From NCBI GenBank assembly GCA_030141605.1, contig JAQGDQ010000172.1, forward strand, positions 372,001 to 436,000: DNA of 64,000 nucleotides. Direction: 5' to 3'. Position numbers and translations under genes: made by a program. Each line of letters begins with the position of its first letter. The first letter of the stretch is position 1. The notes below the pieces were generated by a model. The model had not been told where the DNA came from, made no database searches, and worked only from the letters and a program-made list of their open reading frames with translations. Origin of the DNA: Tubiluchus corallicola (lineage: Eukaryota > Animalia > Priapulida). Below, piece after piece: positions 37,441 through 52,474 of the stretch.

Positions 37441-38746
37441 TACTTAAAAACCTTGTTAATTAAATACAGCATTTTTAGAAAACGCAGCCTATTTAATTTT
37501 TGTGTAAGATGTTTTGTTACATAAATTAGCCAATTATGTCCTATTCTCGCACAGATGTTTTCGTTTATTCGGGCTATCTGAACATTTGATTATACACATC
37601 AGTGATTTGCGCCCTGTCTTTTGTGTTCAACTTATATGGTTTCAGGATTATTTTCTTATTAAGCCGTATGCGTTTTGTTGTATCAGCATTACTACACATA
37701 TTTAAGCATGCGCATATATATATATGTATATATATATTTGTACTCAACGACATACTTTATTTATTATGTTGAAAATTCTGGCTGTACCGCAACTTCTTTT
37801 TAAACATATTCCCAAAAACGCGGCACTGGACTGGGCTCAACCGACACAAATGCCTTTACCCCATTTACGTAAGTGTACATCGTCTCTTGACAACTGAAAT
37901 AGACGGAGTGGTATTACATATCATCAGTGAAACAGATTTCCTGCCTGTCGCCCATTTATTTACTAACAAGGTTTGACGTTACTTAACTGCCATCGCTAAA
38001 ATAAGCACGGTGACCACACAGTTATCTCAGCTTTTTGTCTTACCTTCGCTGACCACAACGTAAAGGAAACAGATAATTTATATATGAATCTGGACTCGAA
38101 GGGATAGGGCCTCGCTCATAGGAAGAATTGCTTGACCAGCGAAGGTGACCAGCGTGACACTACCGCCTATTATAGGCCCTCTATGCTTGAGATGGAGTAA
38201 GAACTTGATGAAAACTGGCACTAATCACGACACCACTCTGGTCTTAGTTCTTTCAACGTAAAAGCTCATATCACCCATTCAAAAAGAGGAATTATTTACT
38301 GGAAGATGTGCAGTTCGAGATAAAGGCAAAAATGATACAATGTATTTGCCATCGTTTTTCGGTTTTTAAAAAATCTGATATCCAAGTAAATTCTTGTTTT
38401 TTTTTAAGTAAATTAATGTTAGAATCAGCGAGCGTAGACCTTTATCATCAACCATATCATTCAAGATAAATATAAATGTCTAGATATACATGTAGTAATA
38501 CTTATACAACAAAGCGCATACAGCATTGATAACAAAATAATCCTGAGACCATATAAGTTGAACACAAAAGACGGGACACAAGTCACTGATGTGTATAATC
38601 ATACCTGAGATAGCCCGAAGAAATGAAAACACCTGCGTAAGAATAGGACATATTTGGCTAATTAGCACAAGAATATATTCTATACTAAAACTAATAGGTT
38701 GCCTTTTCCAAAATGTGCTGTTTTTTAATTAACACTTTATTTAAGT
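37441..38746. repeat. Inverted duplication with ~270-bp arms (37441-37710 and 38476-38746)
   Basis: The arms are diverged reverse complements. The ORF track shows this as IIHISDLRPVFCVQLIWFQDYF (+) versus IIHISDLCPVFCVQLIWSQDYF (-). Confidence 0.85.
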
Positions 38747-39079
38747 GTGAAAGCAAAAAAAGTGAAATAAAGGACAATGTGAAATTTTTCGAGATGTTAT
38801 GCCACTTGAACTAAATAAAATTTTATGCAGTAACTATCATAATGATATTGGTGTAGGAGACAAATAATTTCCAAAATTTGAAGAGAAGTTGTTTAAGTTT
38901 TTGATGCACAAGTTCCAAGTTCTGTTATTAATGTTAATTGTTATTACTTAACAAATCAGAGATGCTGGATTTATTTTAAGCCAAATGATGTTTCAGATCA
39001 CTGGTGTGGTTTATCATCAGGTGAAAAAAAGAGGAAAGGGGAAATATTTAGTAGCTTAATGTGATTATTTTCCCCGTTT

Positions 39080-39960
39080 TTCTGTTGTTTTTACCCTCAT
39101 TATATGCAGATCGGTGTATTAAATCATTACGAGCTTCAAAACTAGGTTGTTACGTATATTATAAGTATGCAAGAATTGTTTGTTATGCCGACGATATTTT
39201 ATTAATGGCTTCTAGTATTAATGTTCTGCAAAAAGTTCCAACAATATGAGTTATATGCTAAGACGTGGGATATTACTTTTAATAGTCATTACTATTGTGT
39301 TTTGGTGACAACACAGCTATCGCAACAAATATAGTTTAGATGGATGCAATTTAGTTAAAGTTAGATATTTAGGATACGATATTGTATCAGGAAAAGAATT
39401 CTCGTGCGATTTAACTAGGCTCAAAAGAAATATGTACTGTAAAATGAACAATATTTTACGTACACTAGGTAAACGAAAGTCGGAAATGACAACATCTTTT
39501 TTAACGAACACTAGCTGTTTACCAACTGTAATTTATACTTCAGAAGTGAGGTCAGTGAAAAGTAGAGACTTAGACACTGTCAAAGTTGCGTGGAACACTG
39601 AAAACGATAGATTGCTTCAGTACTTCTGTAATATGATGCCACTAAACTATTTAATCGATTTAAGAGAACTTATATTCTATATAAGTCTTATGCTTCACAC
39701 AGATAGCTATATTGTTAGAGTCCTCTATGAAATTAATAAGCTAGATCAATCGTTCGTACGAAATATAAGACACCACTGAACTTGTCTTGTATTAATGCAA
39801 AACGTCTAGTAGAAAATGAATTTTTTTGTAAGAACCTAAACACCAGAAATCTTATATGAAATAACAAACTTGTATATATTGTACTTTATTTTAGATGTGA
39901 ATTTTTTTGTGTTGTATTTTTATTGTATTTTATTGTACCCTTTTTGTGATGTACTGTATC

Positions 39961-40040
<80 letters not shown>
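39080..40040 (+). mobile_element. 5'-truncated LINE (RT C-terminal half) ending in a (TAT)n tail
   Basis: LGCYVYYKYARIVCYADDILLMASSINVLQK, VRYLGYDI, MYCKMNNIL, CLPTVIYTSEV, followed by a T-rich UTR and (TAT)n at 39961-40040. Confidence 0.8.
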
Positions 40041-40044
<4 letters not shown>

Positions 40045-40096
40045 TACAGAATGCACCAACTAAAACATGGTCCGGACTTATTATTCTCTTACCATT

Positions 40097-40519
40097 AGGG
40101 TTATGACCTTTTGAGGCCCCCAGGTTAACGAAATTATGAGGCCCTTCAGACGAAGCTATCCTCTAATTTGCTCGCACTCACTCTTCTCGAATATATTTTA
40201 CTTATGATGTATTTCAGCAACATTTGTATAGCTGGAGACCCATAATTCAAATAAATGGCTTCAAAGAGGGCCCGTTATCTTAAATAAAGGACCTCAAACA
40301 AGGACCCTTTGTATCAAACAAAAGGCCTCAAACAGTGACCCTTTCTCTCAAATGAGGAGCCACTGTAAAATTGGATTTTCAGAGTTTCTGGCCGCCTTTT
40401 TTGCAGTTGAAATTTTATTGTAAGTTATATGAATTATTCAACAACGCAAAGTATAGTCCCCCAAGCTTGAGGGGCACTAGGTTGTAGCTTATGCTAGCCT
40501 GTAAGGTAAATCAGCCCTG
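40097..40519 (-). mobile_element. Second, inverted copy of the hAT-type MITE at 22730-23119
   Basis: Collinear reverse-complement similarity (ttatgaccttttgaggccc, ctctaatttgctcg, aaattggattttcaga, tcagccctg). Confidence 0.75.
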
Positions 40520-43500
40520 CTCACGATACTTATTCTTAGGAAGCATTCATTGAGTAACATGAGTTTTTGTGGATGCCAGTAAAGTGAATGTTGTCACGCT
40601 ACATTTAGAGAACAATCAATTCACGTTGTAATAAAAGCAACTTTGCGTTTTGCTACGCGTTCATAAGTGAGACGGTGAAAACATGTTCCAATATTAGCCC
40701 TAATGAGAACTAATAGCTTGCCTCTGCATCAAAGCTTTATTAACCTTGAATCAAATTTAACCACGTTTAGCAGTTTGACGAAAGCACTAAAACTATAGTG
40801 TATATAATAACTAAACGTTCCAACAGACTTTATCGCAACTCTGTCCAGACGTGGGGCTAGTTTTTCTTTGTAACGTTGAAAATCTTACTAATGTACAGGT
40901 ATTTTAGCTCAAGGACGGCGTAACGAGAAGGAAAAGTGGTAAAGAACATATTTTTGTGTTGGATGACTAAAATAAACAACTTTTAAAAAGTGCCTGCAAT
41001 TTTATACTTTGACATTTCAATATAGGCATTTTTTCAAAATAACCACTCTTCAAACGTGTAAACATTCATATTACAAAATATTAGACATTAATTTTAAAGC
41101 GTATAATATGTCTATACGATCACTAAGTTTGCGTGGAGATATGAGACGAGGGATTATGCTGGGTGGTAAGGGTGTGAGCTTGGCTGGACAGTCAAATAAC
41201 TCTAGACTTAATTAATAAACGGACGGGTGACTATCGGTTGAACGGCGTCATCTGCCCTACTACCCCCATTATTTATCTCTTTCAAGGGGGGGAGTATACA
41301 TTTGCAAATGTGATTTAGATACCTTCCGTCGATTCACTGTCTCATCTTAAAAATATCATTGATGTTGTAATTGTTAATGAACAAGGTTCCGATCCCGCCT
41401 CAATTACCTTGCATTAAGCTAGTCTGCTGTCGATTGTTGGGTAGTGATCTGTGACAGATAAAGGACAACTGACGGGCTTTCAAGCTACAGTAGCTAAGAA
41501 AACGATGTGTTCTGCTCAAGAATTCACTGACTAGACCCACTCGTTCGGGTTCGAATCCCACTCTTGTCGGAATGCTTTGAGGCGCTTGCTACTTGTACAA
41601 GACTCTTCCGTCGTCATCCGAGGCCTAGTCAGCCTTACTTGAAAACCCGAAGGATAACGCTTCTCAACGACGCACTAGCCATCTGAGCTTCGTGTGTGCT
41701 GAGGCTTCGTAAATACCGTGCAAATGCCGCAATCATTTATCCCAAAGCTAGACACGTCTGGGGGCATTCTCCTTCTTCTTCTCGCTCTTGTTTCCCCTCC
41801 TTAGGAGCGTCACATATTTCCTGTAACAAGAAGAAATATAAAACATTTAATATTCAATATTATATGTAGCATACCATCACTGCTGCCAGCCTCAAATGAG
41901 AAGTTAGCGTTGCTGTGGCTAGAAGGAATATTGACAGCTTCAGCCTCGCTGCATCTTCTCGCGTATAGGCAGAATCTTAGTGAATATCTGGACCAGATAG
42001 CGTGGACACCGTGGAAACAACGAAACAACAACGCCGAAGGACGTGAACCCTAGTTTGGCATAGTTAACTTAGTCTCATCTTATCCTTAACCCAAGCCTCT
42101 AAGCAGAGGCGAGGGAATGAGCAATGCTAGGCTGTGTTAGTGAATGAATGGGCGACCGATAGAAAAGCTACTTCTACTAATGTCATTCACACTTCCCATC
42201 CTTTTTCTCTGTTGAAAGAATGCTGTACGTACACACCCATCTGTGGCTGCCAGTTCAATATTTGATCCTAGATAATGGGAGTCACCTTGATAATGAGCAA
42301 GACTCTAGTCTCAAGACAATATAGAATAAATGCTAAAAATCGACTTGTGCGTTAACTTCTAAACCGTAATTATAAAAACGCTAGATAACCTGAAAGTAAC
42401 CGTAGCATAGTTTGAAGCCAATTATACTTCTCTTTTAATGTTTACTTATGTTAGCACTAATTAGGCGTCCAACGTACCTAAGGATGCACGGTTTAGGCCC
42501 GTGTTGTAGTACAAAGTTTTAATTAACTAATTACGCTACTGCATGTGGCAAAATCTGTTTGATTCGCGTGCTTCAAGGAAACGGTTTCTGCGTGTAAGTG
42601 AACCTTTTTCTATAAAATTTACGCACAAAGCTATCTACATCTTGGATATAGAATTACAGTAACTGCAGCAGTTTCGCCGGTAAAAATTGCATAATAGAAC
42701 CTGTGGGAGTTAAGATTACGTCGTATATAATCTTAACCAAGCACTTAAACGGCGTATCAGTTCTTTAATTTACTGAGAAAAGGTAAAATCCTTGCAAGTT
42801 CATCAAGCCACAGCTTTCACGCTGCTTCACGCAGCATCGGGATAGGTTTAAGGGAAATAGGTGTTATAAATGGCCAGTTTGTTGCCCTCGAATTTGTAAC
42901 AGCACAGGCCCAGACGTTCCCTTTTCCTCTTCGTCAAAAAACAGACATGCACAAGGGCAGTCATTACCTGTTGCTTATTTATCCCCTTTTCTAGAACATT
43001 TATATTACGCTTTGCCAAAGCTACTTATGATGTATTAAATCTTGTGATGTTTTGGTATATATGTATTAAATCTAATGGTCTTTTGCCTACAGCTGTTTAT
43101 ATAACTAACGCTTTGGAAAATTGATTATGGTGTATTAAACTTGGCTATAAGAGCATTGCCTGTAAGTATTATTCAGCGTCTGCTTGTGTATATGTAAGCT
43201 CCTGAACTCGGCCAGTAGTTCAAAAAGACACTTGCACTTATTTTACGGTTCATGCCAAGAATTCAACATTTAAACATTATATGTTTTGTAATGGAACTCG
43301 ACGTTACCTCGCTTAGCTCGCACGTTTAGTGGTTTAATCAGTATTTACGATGATGACGTCAGTAGCTGAAGAACTGTAATGGGTGAACCTCAGACTCTGA
43401 TGCTAAATTATTGCAGTAGGACTATACGATTGCCATCATTAAGCTGATACATTTCACACTATTTTTAAACCCTTATTGAAATTCAGAATAAGTAATAGAC

Positions 43501-46500
43501 TCACTTGTGGACGTATAATGCGCTGGTAATGACTCGTCAATGCAGGCGTTGACAACAGATATAACAATGTTTAGAGTGCGCTATCTAAGACTTTGTTTTA
43601 ACCATAAGTGGCCATTTTGCTAACATCTTTTTAAAAAATATGCAACACTCCGATTTTTACGTATTTTTTTTGAGTTCTATACTCAACGTATGACTTCGTT
43701 GTCTTGCATATGTTTGCAAAGGGCTGCATCAAACACATTCAATAGTATTAAACATTATTTGCTAAAACAGGCCGTCAAATGAGCAAATTATCTGGAAAAG
43801 GAATCGAGCGAATGTTGCTGAAAGTTATAGATTTGGCGCCCATAAATACATGAGTAAATAAATATAACTAACGGATACGTTGATGATGTTCAGCTTTTTG
43901 TTTACCCTCATAATTAATCTTTCTAAATTTTGGCAGATTTCGCATTCATATGACAATAAGCGGCATACCTTCACATTTGAATTAAAACTACAAAACAGTT
44001 TGTACTGCCTTAAGCGTGTGAAATGGGCACCAAATCCCATTTTTAAGTAACCAACATTTTACTTTAGTGTAGTTTTTGTAAGTAAATTGTAGTCTGGTTG
44101 CATTGATGGTTAGTGAAATTCTGGTTTGTCTAGAGTCACCTACATTAAGGTAGATTCTACCATTGAATGCTCCATCCCCGTCTGCATGGTAACGAATTAT
44201 GGAAAAAAATCGACTACAAACTTAAATTTACTCCACAATAGTAAACTATAGAAAATCGACTACGCTTATCCATCCATTTATTTTCCAGGCTAAGAATTAT
44301 TAACTTTGGTTAAGCACACACTGCTACCACTTCCATTCGTCTTCCCTCATCTATTGTTTCAAAAACATACCAGCCAGCAAATTTACTTTATGCAATCACA
44401 GTTTTTGTTCAGAACTTTCTCACCAAATCAGCTTCAAGGATTTAGGTTCCAGTCACACATGCTAGTTTTGTTTCTTGTTAGTGGCAGCTAGACGGACTCC
44501 TGCAGCAAAGAAAAATAAGTTTTATCATATTAATTTAGAAACGTTTTTAAAGGAAGACCGGACAATTGTTTAGACTCAATCTCATTTTAATTTACTGCTT
44601 AAAACATACATTTTCTTGCCTATAAAAGTTAACAATTGTTCCTTGTATTTGAATAATTAGCTTAGAAAGTTATTTAACGGCAACCGATCACAGCTATTGC
44701 CTACGTCAGAAACTAACCACAGTTTGTGCAATGGCAGGTGTCTTCCCTTGCGCGTCAAGCACATTTGCATACGTGTTACAGTACTGCCTAAACGCATGAT
44801 GTCCCGAAAAATGGGCTTTTTATCATATGACGTCATGAAATTTACACAGCAGTTCATGATCATGGTTATCACGGTACCGCCTTCTTTTTGTCGGGTACGC
44901 GCACGTGACAAAAAGGCGCCGTTGCCAATCTTAGTAGATTCACTGAGCAGCAGAACTTGAAAGTTTAACGAAATTTGAGTATCCGAGGTAATTATTATTT
45001 AATCTAATCTTTGGTTTCAAATAAGCTATTGTGGTTTTCAATATTTTAGAGCATTCTTTATTCTGAACTCGTGTTTACACAACCATCCGGTTTTCCTTTA
45101 AGGTGCAATTAACGACTCTTAAATTTATAATAAATATTACTTTAGAAAATTTGTTAGGTATGTACTGATGTAGGCATAAAGTATATTTAACAAACAAAAT
45201 TAAATAAATTAAGTACTGTATTGTATGAATATACAGGCAATCTGTAAAATACAACGTGCTCAACGAAATTATAAATTTTAAGGAATGCACGTGATCTTTC
45301 TTTCTAAAAATTTTAAATAGCGTTTTAGTCGCACGAAGTGATTAAGTTCTAAGGAAGAACGGCGGAGAAAACGTTCAATTGATCCCTTTTTCAATAATTC
45401 AATTACGTAGTCTTTTCATATTGCCACTTCTCTAGATTATGACAAGTTTTATTTATGCTGTAATGAGATTAACTTTGGAAAACGGGAATAAATTCTAAAT
45501 CAATTCGCATCTCAGATCTAATGTGCATCATCTCACAGAGAAATATTGGCAAGGCAAAGCACTGCAGTAAGGCGTTTTGTATAGGGGGGTAGTGGATGGG
45601 AGCAGATAAGGACTAAGAAGCCAAGGAAGCAGCGCTGGTTCGCTTTTAAAATTGAAAAAGAAAAGACTCGTTGTGCAATTGTCTGCTAGCCAATATCTTC
45701 ACTTCGTATAATAAGGAACAAACGTCAGTGTAATTGTCGTAAATAATTCTGGATCCTCTGGGTTTGCTGCAGTAATATGTTAGTAAACGTACTCGTGATG
45801 TGTGTTAATTTTTCTCAGCGTTAATTGATGATTTTCAAGCGGGATGAAACCAAAATGTTGTTTACTTGATGTACAACACATGACACAGTTTAGCCATGAA
45901 TTTAAGTTTCTCTAAACTAATGAAACGTAAATCAAATTATGAACAGTAGCCGCCACGCCCCACGAAATCAGACTAGTTATTTAGTTTAGCAGGAATGGGT
46001 ACCAGCAGCAAAAATGGCTTCGTTAAGAACTAGGTTGACAATCCCGTTATGATCCGACCATTTTAGTTTCGTGATAATAATAATCGTGTTTTGACCAAGT
46101 TAACTATGTGGAAAATGGGTGAACAAAGAGCTCGAAAGTGAACAATTTTGTCCCAAAATACTTACTACAGGGGCAAGATGGGCTTTGTTTAAGAGGGTTT
46201 AACTTACTACGTACGCATTTCTGTCTGCACGAACAATGAATGCATTCTAGTAGCCCCTTGGGAATTCAATTCAAGAGCGTCTGTTAGTAATCAAATTAGG
46301 AAACTGTGAAGTATTATCAGTTGGAATTAAATAAAAACCCCATTTAACCTAGCACTGCAATGTCATTGTCACGTATCGGCGAGTCGCGCTCTCGATATCT
46401 GGCGTGCTAGACGTGTTGTTAGTTGATATCAATCTGTTTTTCTTGTGTTGGATTGTTTTTAATTCAATTTGTCAACACCAGTGCTGGAATTTTCTAGCAC

Positions 46501-47345
46501 TGTCGTTTTATACCTTGTGTTGGGTAATACGAATTTAACCTTGAGCACTTTGTGAAAAGTAACTAAAATGTAAAACGCCTATCCAAGAAAAGTAAATACC
46601 ATATTTCCAAATTATACTATATGCAAACTAAAACTCATTCGTGCAATTAATTTTGTTTTAGTAAAAACGTTTAGGCTAGTTTGTCAGTGTTGTTTAAAAT
46701 TTAAAAATTTTAATTTCTTTAAATTGAAAAATCCAAAACGGCTGCCAGAAAGTCGTAGAATATTAAGCTTTTCATTACATAGTTGTATATGAGCTTAATA
46801 TAAGTATTATAGGTATTCCTATTATAAGTAAGCAGTTTAAAAAACATTTCGCTTGGTTTTCTTATCCAATGCGCTTTTCTCCCGACAGAACTTTTAATAA
46901 ATCGCATTGATTCTTTTGCTTATTAACTCTTTTGCTTCAGCTTGCTTCTATAATTGGAAGAATAGAGAAAAACAACTGACAGTCGTGAAAACTAATAAGA
47001 CTGATTTAAACTAGCGAGTGTAGCTAAAAGTAGAAAGTTGATCGAGAAAGCAAATGATGACAGTAACGTGACAAAGCTGTATAGCTAACCTCTACCTTTA
47101 ATTATACAAGGAAGGTGCTGATTTCGCAAAGTGCACACTGTGCAGGATACCGTTGGGTTATCTAAAAGCACTGTTTCACAGCTGTATGGTTAGAGGTCAT
47201 TATAATAAGGAATGCTTTTTTCACTTCAGCTCAATTCAATTCTTTTTAAATTCTGCAAATGGCACATAGGCACATAAATCTGTGTTACTCTCTGACACTC
47301 ATTGCCTATAGACGAGAACTCACTATTTGACTCTCGAGAACTCGC

Positions 47346-47505
47346 CGAGGCGTTCACACTAGTAGCTCGTAGGAAATCAACTCGCAGCAACTGTCGAAAA
47401 AATTACTTTAACTTACCGACAGTAACTCGCAAAGCAGTTCGCTCTTACCATTTTGCTGTCAGAAAGAAATCTGGCCACAGAAAAATAGCTAGTCTGAACG
47501 CGTCG
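47346..47505. mobile_element. Degenerate Harbinger-like MITE
   Basis: Ends cgaggcgttcacactag...ctagtctgaacgcgtcg, similar to the TIRs of the element at 52475. Confidence 0.5.
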
Positions 47506-48819
47506 TTAATTAGGTGAATCACATATTTGAGGGCGCTAAAAAATAGCGTAATCTGACGATGCCCTCACATTGTTTTACACGTATCTTAGTGTGTACATTA
47601 CCAAAGAAATTAAAACTAAATAATACTAGCAAACTTTAAAATTTAATATCAAAGTCAGTAGGAGGTTAACTCATAAGGCATTGATGTTGGCAACGACAAG
47701 AATAGTTTTGAAGAATACGTTATTCAAGTTGTCAGGAAATGACAGCATCAAAAGCACATGGTACTGAAAGCGACCTTGAATATAAAGAGTAGGTGCTCCG
47801 ACTGGCATAGAAGCGGGTTTGTGAATATAATGCCATGTCTGTACGTTCTTATGTACCGAATAAATTTTAATGAAGATACTGTATATTACAGTGACAGTAT
47901 AACACGAAGAAGGGGCTTTTGACAATAAAATAATAAATTCAAGTATCGCGCGACTTTCCTGACATGTACAAGCATTGAATGCACTAACCTGTAATGTCTT
48001 AAGAGCACTGGCTGGTTTAACTTGAAATGTTCTGTCGCGTGTATCAGTAATTTCATTGGCATAACCACGTGAATTACTAAAGCTTGAAATGTGTATCATT
48101 CAAGATGAAACAAAGGGGACATTAAATGGGAATCTAGATGTTAATAAAAAACGCTAATCCTCGCTGTTGTTGCTGTTGTCATACTGCAGTATATAAATAT
48201 GGATTGCAGACACATTCCTTCTTTAATTACGTTACTAAAACTAATGTAGGTTACAAAGTGTCACTTCGTAAAGACAATACTGTCAAGTTTAACAATATAC
48301 AAAGTATTCAGAATAATGTAGATTGCGTTGTGCAAATAAACAGTATGAGCTTTTGTTAAGATTCTTACTAAACTATGTAAACTATTGAACTTGAGCACCC
48401 ATTCGTTAGCACAGGTCACCAAAGCTAAATCATTTTAATGCAATTTCGATTGTTTTCCCAATGCTGATTTTATCTGTTTTTATTTTGCAAAATAAATATC
48501 ACATAATAATTATAGGTCCTTTATTATTTATTTAATCCATATAGAATCTGTAGCATATGAGTAATTAACTTGATCCAATCTTCATCAAATTACTAGACCT
48601 TCTTTCTTATTTTTCATACGCCAAAGATTCCGATTCTAAAACAACCGAATTTTTATTTTCATATATTCGCAAATCTCAGTTAATTTGTTTAGTTTTTTAC
48701 GACTTCGTGTCAAGTTTTCTGGAACATTTTTAAGAACAAAGTCTTTCCAGCGCGTTTTTTGTAACAATTAATCTCTGCTACCTGTCTACCTAATTACCAA
48801 CCTACTTATCTACCTGCCT

Positions 48820-48939
<120 letters not shown>

Positions 48940-51900
48940 TGTTGTGCCTGCCAATTTGTTTACACCCAAAGCGACTAACACCGGCAGCGATGATAACCTT
49001 CTACATTTAATAACAACAAGCATAATAAAAAATATGCTTTACCAAATAAGATACTGTGCAGCGGCTGTGCACGTGAGCCAAGAAGTGTTCACCTGGGGCC
49101 TTCGTGCAGGTGCATTTGCAGCCTGCACTTCATTAGTAAATGAGAACTTACTCGAATAGCACATTGTCACCCTTTGTGAATCGGCAAAAACTTGATTCGT
49201 TCAATTAATTTTCTACAATAGTAACTTTCTTGGCTCTATTGAATTTGTTGTTGATTAATTGTAATACATGTCATTACTAAAACTCATAACTGCATATCCA
49301 TAGATCTTGTAGCGTATGAGTTATTGACTGTAGACTGCTCTGCCTAAAAATGATACCTTTCTACTGTTTATGTTCCTGTTAAAGATTTTAAATGTGCTGA
49401 AATACACCTTCAAAAATTTAATTAAACATAAGCTGAATTAGCCCTGTCGGGTACAATTGCCTTACTGCATGAATCTAATCTGTAACACAAACAAAATTTT
49501 AATTAGATCTTAAGAATTTTATGTAGGGAAGTATAATAACTAAAACTATGCAAATAAACTATTGAAAGTACAGGTGATAGCTAAAATGATACGTTGCTTA
49601 ATAACAATAACTGACAAAGTTGTTATTGTTAACATTAAAAAATTCTAGTAAAATTCTTAACCTTTTCTACTCGTTTCATCTTCGTGTATGAATGTTTTAA
49701 TATTGGTATCTGTAACGCCAATTAAATGCTTCAAATAGCTTATAATTTAAATTACGATGTTTTAAATAATTTATTATAACAAAATTTGCTAAAGAGGAAG
49801 AAAAAGGAATTTCGAAGCATATCCAAAAAAATTTCAATACAAAGTTATATTACTTAGCATTAGCATTATGCTTACCTGTTTAAAATGGCAAAAAATCTTA
49901 ATAATTGAATATGTTCGTGTCAACTGGTAAAACGGAACTCTGTTACCATCCCAGTGTGCAACACTGCCTCAAGAAAAAAACACTATTGAGCTTACTGACA
50001 AAATAAAGTAATTTAAACTTTTGCTTAGTTACCAGAGAGTGTGCTACGGATTCTCTGATCACTTTTTTTAAAACTTTATGCAATGTTACCTAAACTTTCA
50101 AACGTCAAAATGGCTGCACCTAACGGTCATCGCAGGAGTTTAAATTTACATATTTTATACAGCGTTCGCTGCTAAAGTAAAGCCCTGTATGCAATAAAAT
50201 AGCACGCAAGTGATACAAAAGGTTCAAGGGTGAGTTTTATTTATGAAGAGCGTTTTCTGTGATTTAAGCATTCTTGCACAAGTTTTGTTATTTTAATTAA
50301 GCTTCCTCCGACTGAAAGGAACTTTTAATCTCAAGTATTTTATACGTCTGACCCAAGACCAGACAGCAATTCTTCCATGAATCTCAGTCAGCAGCTGCAT
50401 TTTGTAAGCGGAAATTATCGCGGCTTTTTCCATAATCACATCTATATTATTACCTGCTGCTTTTTATGTTAATGTGGTTGTTTTTCATTAGATGGCGAGC
50501 ATCTCTACGCTTTTAATACGCCGTCTTTTCATTGCACAGTAATCTCTCATGTAGGCATCGCACAAATCACGTTTCTCTAGGGAACGACGACCATATTTCC
50601 AGCTGTCGCTTATAGTCCATTCGAGTTGTAGTAAACGCATCAAGCCCGTCAGTAGAGTAATTGCACATTTATATCAAAACAAGTCAGAGATTAGTCTTCG
50701 ACGAGTCACTTAGGAGGATAAATAATGACGCACATGTACAGTTAACCCTGCAGCAGCCGATTTTAGTAAATGTACCTATAATTAATGAGGTATACCTTTA
50801 GGCAGTACTTCACTCTACAAATCAATTTTCATTTTTAATCCTAATTTAATATTTCGTATCTTTAGCAAAATTAACACTCATGGATTTTGAGGATGCCTTC
50901 TTAAAAAATAACATCACAGCGTACTAGTGACATTAGTGCCAAATGCTACATCTGCTGTCTATGCTAATGCCAATAGCAATAACAAGTCACTAGTCTTGAT
51001 CAAGTAATAATGCTGATTGCGTAAATTTTCCTATAATTCATTTCCTTTTTGTAAGCCCGGATCCAGCACTCAATGGCAGTGTCTTCTTACTGGCGACCCG
51101 AATTTAGTTAATTGTAAACGATAATGCTGTAGGATAAGATACTAAACGTGCGGAGGTGACTTCAGCAGATAGCGTTGCTCGAGCAGGTAGGCATCTTTGG
51201 CAGATAAAAGACGAAACCACCAAGAAGTAGTTTTCCTGGCCATGTACTCCCCAATCAACTTCATGACTAGACTCCCTGTTGCTTAGCTTTGGTCACTAAG
51301 CTCACGCTATGACCATATAGCAAAAGTTCTTAAAGAAATTTTAGTGCAATTTAATTTCTTACAAGACAACGATCATCTTCTACTGCGTCTTTTGTATACT
51401 ACTGCAAACTCTATCATATCCAACTCTAATTACATCTTTCAGTTGCACCGTTTCAGAGAGCCAAGCTGTGATAATTTGCCAATTTGACCTAACGCTAATC
51501 ATTGCTATTTAGACTAATCATTACTTCTCGGTGCTGCTATTTTTATTTGACACTTTAGTGTGTTAGCTAGTTCTTTTCGCATTAGAATTCCGGCTAAAAC
51601 AAATACAGGATACTTAAATTCTATTCCTTGTTTCTAATGGGATGGGAATACTTCCTAACAGAATAAGAAGAGTTTGCGAAACCAATAGAGAAACTTAAAA
51701 TTTGTTTCTCTAGAGAGAATTAGAAATCTTCGCCTTTTGTGGCTTTTTGCGAAGAACTTGCTCAAACTCAGATATCGTTATCAATTGAAGATTTTAAAGC
51801 ACTCTTTAACCGAACAATCTGTGTCGACTAATAGAGACGGATTTTCGATCCGCCATTTTTAAATCAAGAAGGCGGCAATAATTTTCGAAAATGCCTAAAG

Positions 51901-52474
51901 CTATGTGAATCCACAATGGATCGTCATTTTCTTAGTCGCAGGCTTTTTTTCGAAAATAATGATGTTACCGTTCCCTTGAATTAAAAATCGGATTAAAAAT
52001 CTGTCTGTTGATGCAAAATTAGTTTTACTATAATCTTCTGAAGTTTCAAAACAACCCATTGGTAATGTATGGAACACTTGGCTTTTTAAAAGGTTATTAC
52101 TAGGGTGTGTGGTTGTCTAATCATTATAATTATTATACGTCTGCCAATGAAGTGAAAAACTTAAGGCATTTATTAACCATTGATTATTAAGAAGAGAAAG
52201 ATGGCGAAGCAACGTCGCCTTTTTTGCACCAAAAGCATAATCTAGCTCGAAACTCTTCCTCCTGTAGGTACGCCGCCGAAAAACCATCTTCGTCAGTCAT
52301 TGTACAGCTCAGCACTTAGGCAAAAGTATCACATATATAACTTTAAAAATTTAAAAAGTTTCATATAATAAGGGTAAACGTATGTAACAATACGATTACT
52401 CTACTAGAAGTATGTGCGAATCATAGTATACCATACTTTGACATAGTATTACTCAAGAGTAAGTACAGTTCTAA

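Noticed and set aside
39870-40106. Poly-Ile and poly-Leu ORFs
   Set aside because: (TAT)n tail of a LINE.
41546-41562. GGTTCGAATCCC as part of a tRNA gene (similar B-box near 21465)
   Set aside because: No cloverleaf can be built; at most SINE-head remnants.
47671-48099. 142-aa minus-strand ORF
   Set aside because: No recognisable motif or convincing splice context; compatible with chance.
50923-50994. Hairpin closed by ACTAGTGAC/GTCACTAGT with a miR-96-like TTTGGCACTA on the minus strand
   Set aside because: The seed-like sequence is on the wrong arm, the stem is heavily bulged, and the rest does not match.
51074-51095. TGGCAGTGTCTT, similar to the miR-34 5' end
   Set aside because: No complementary arm found nearby.
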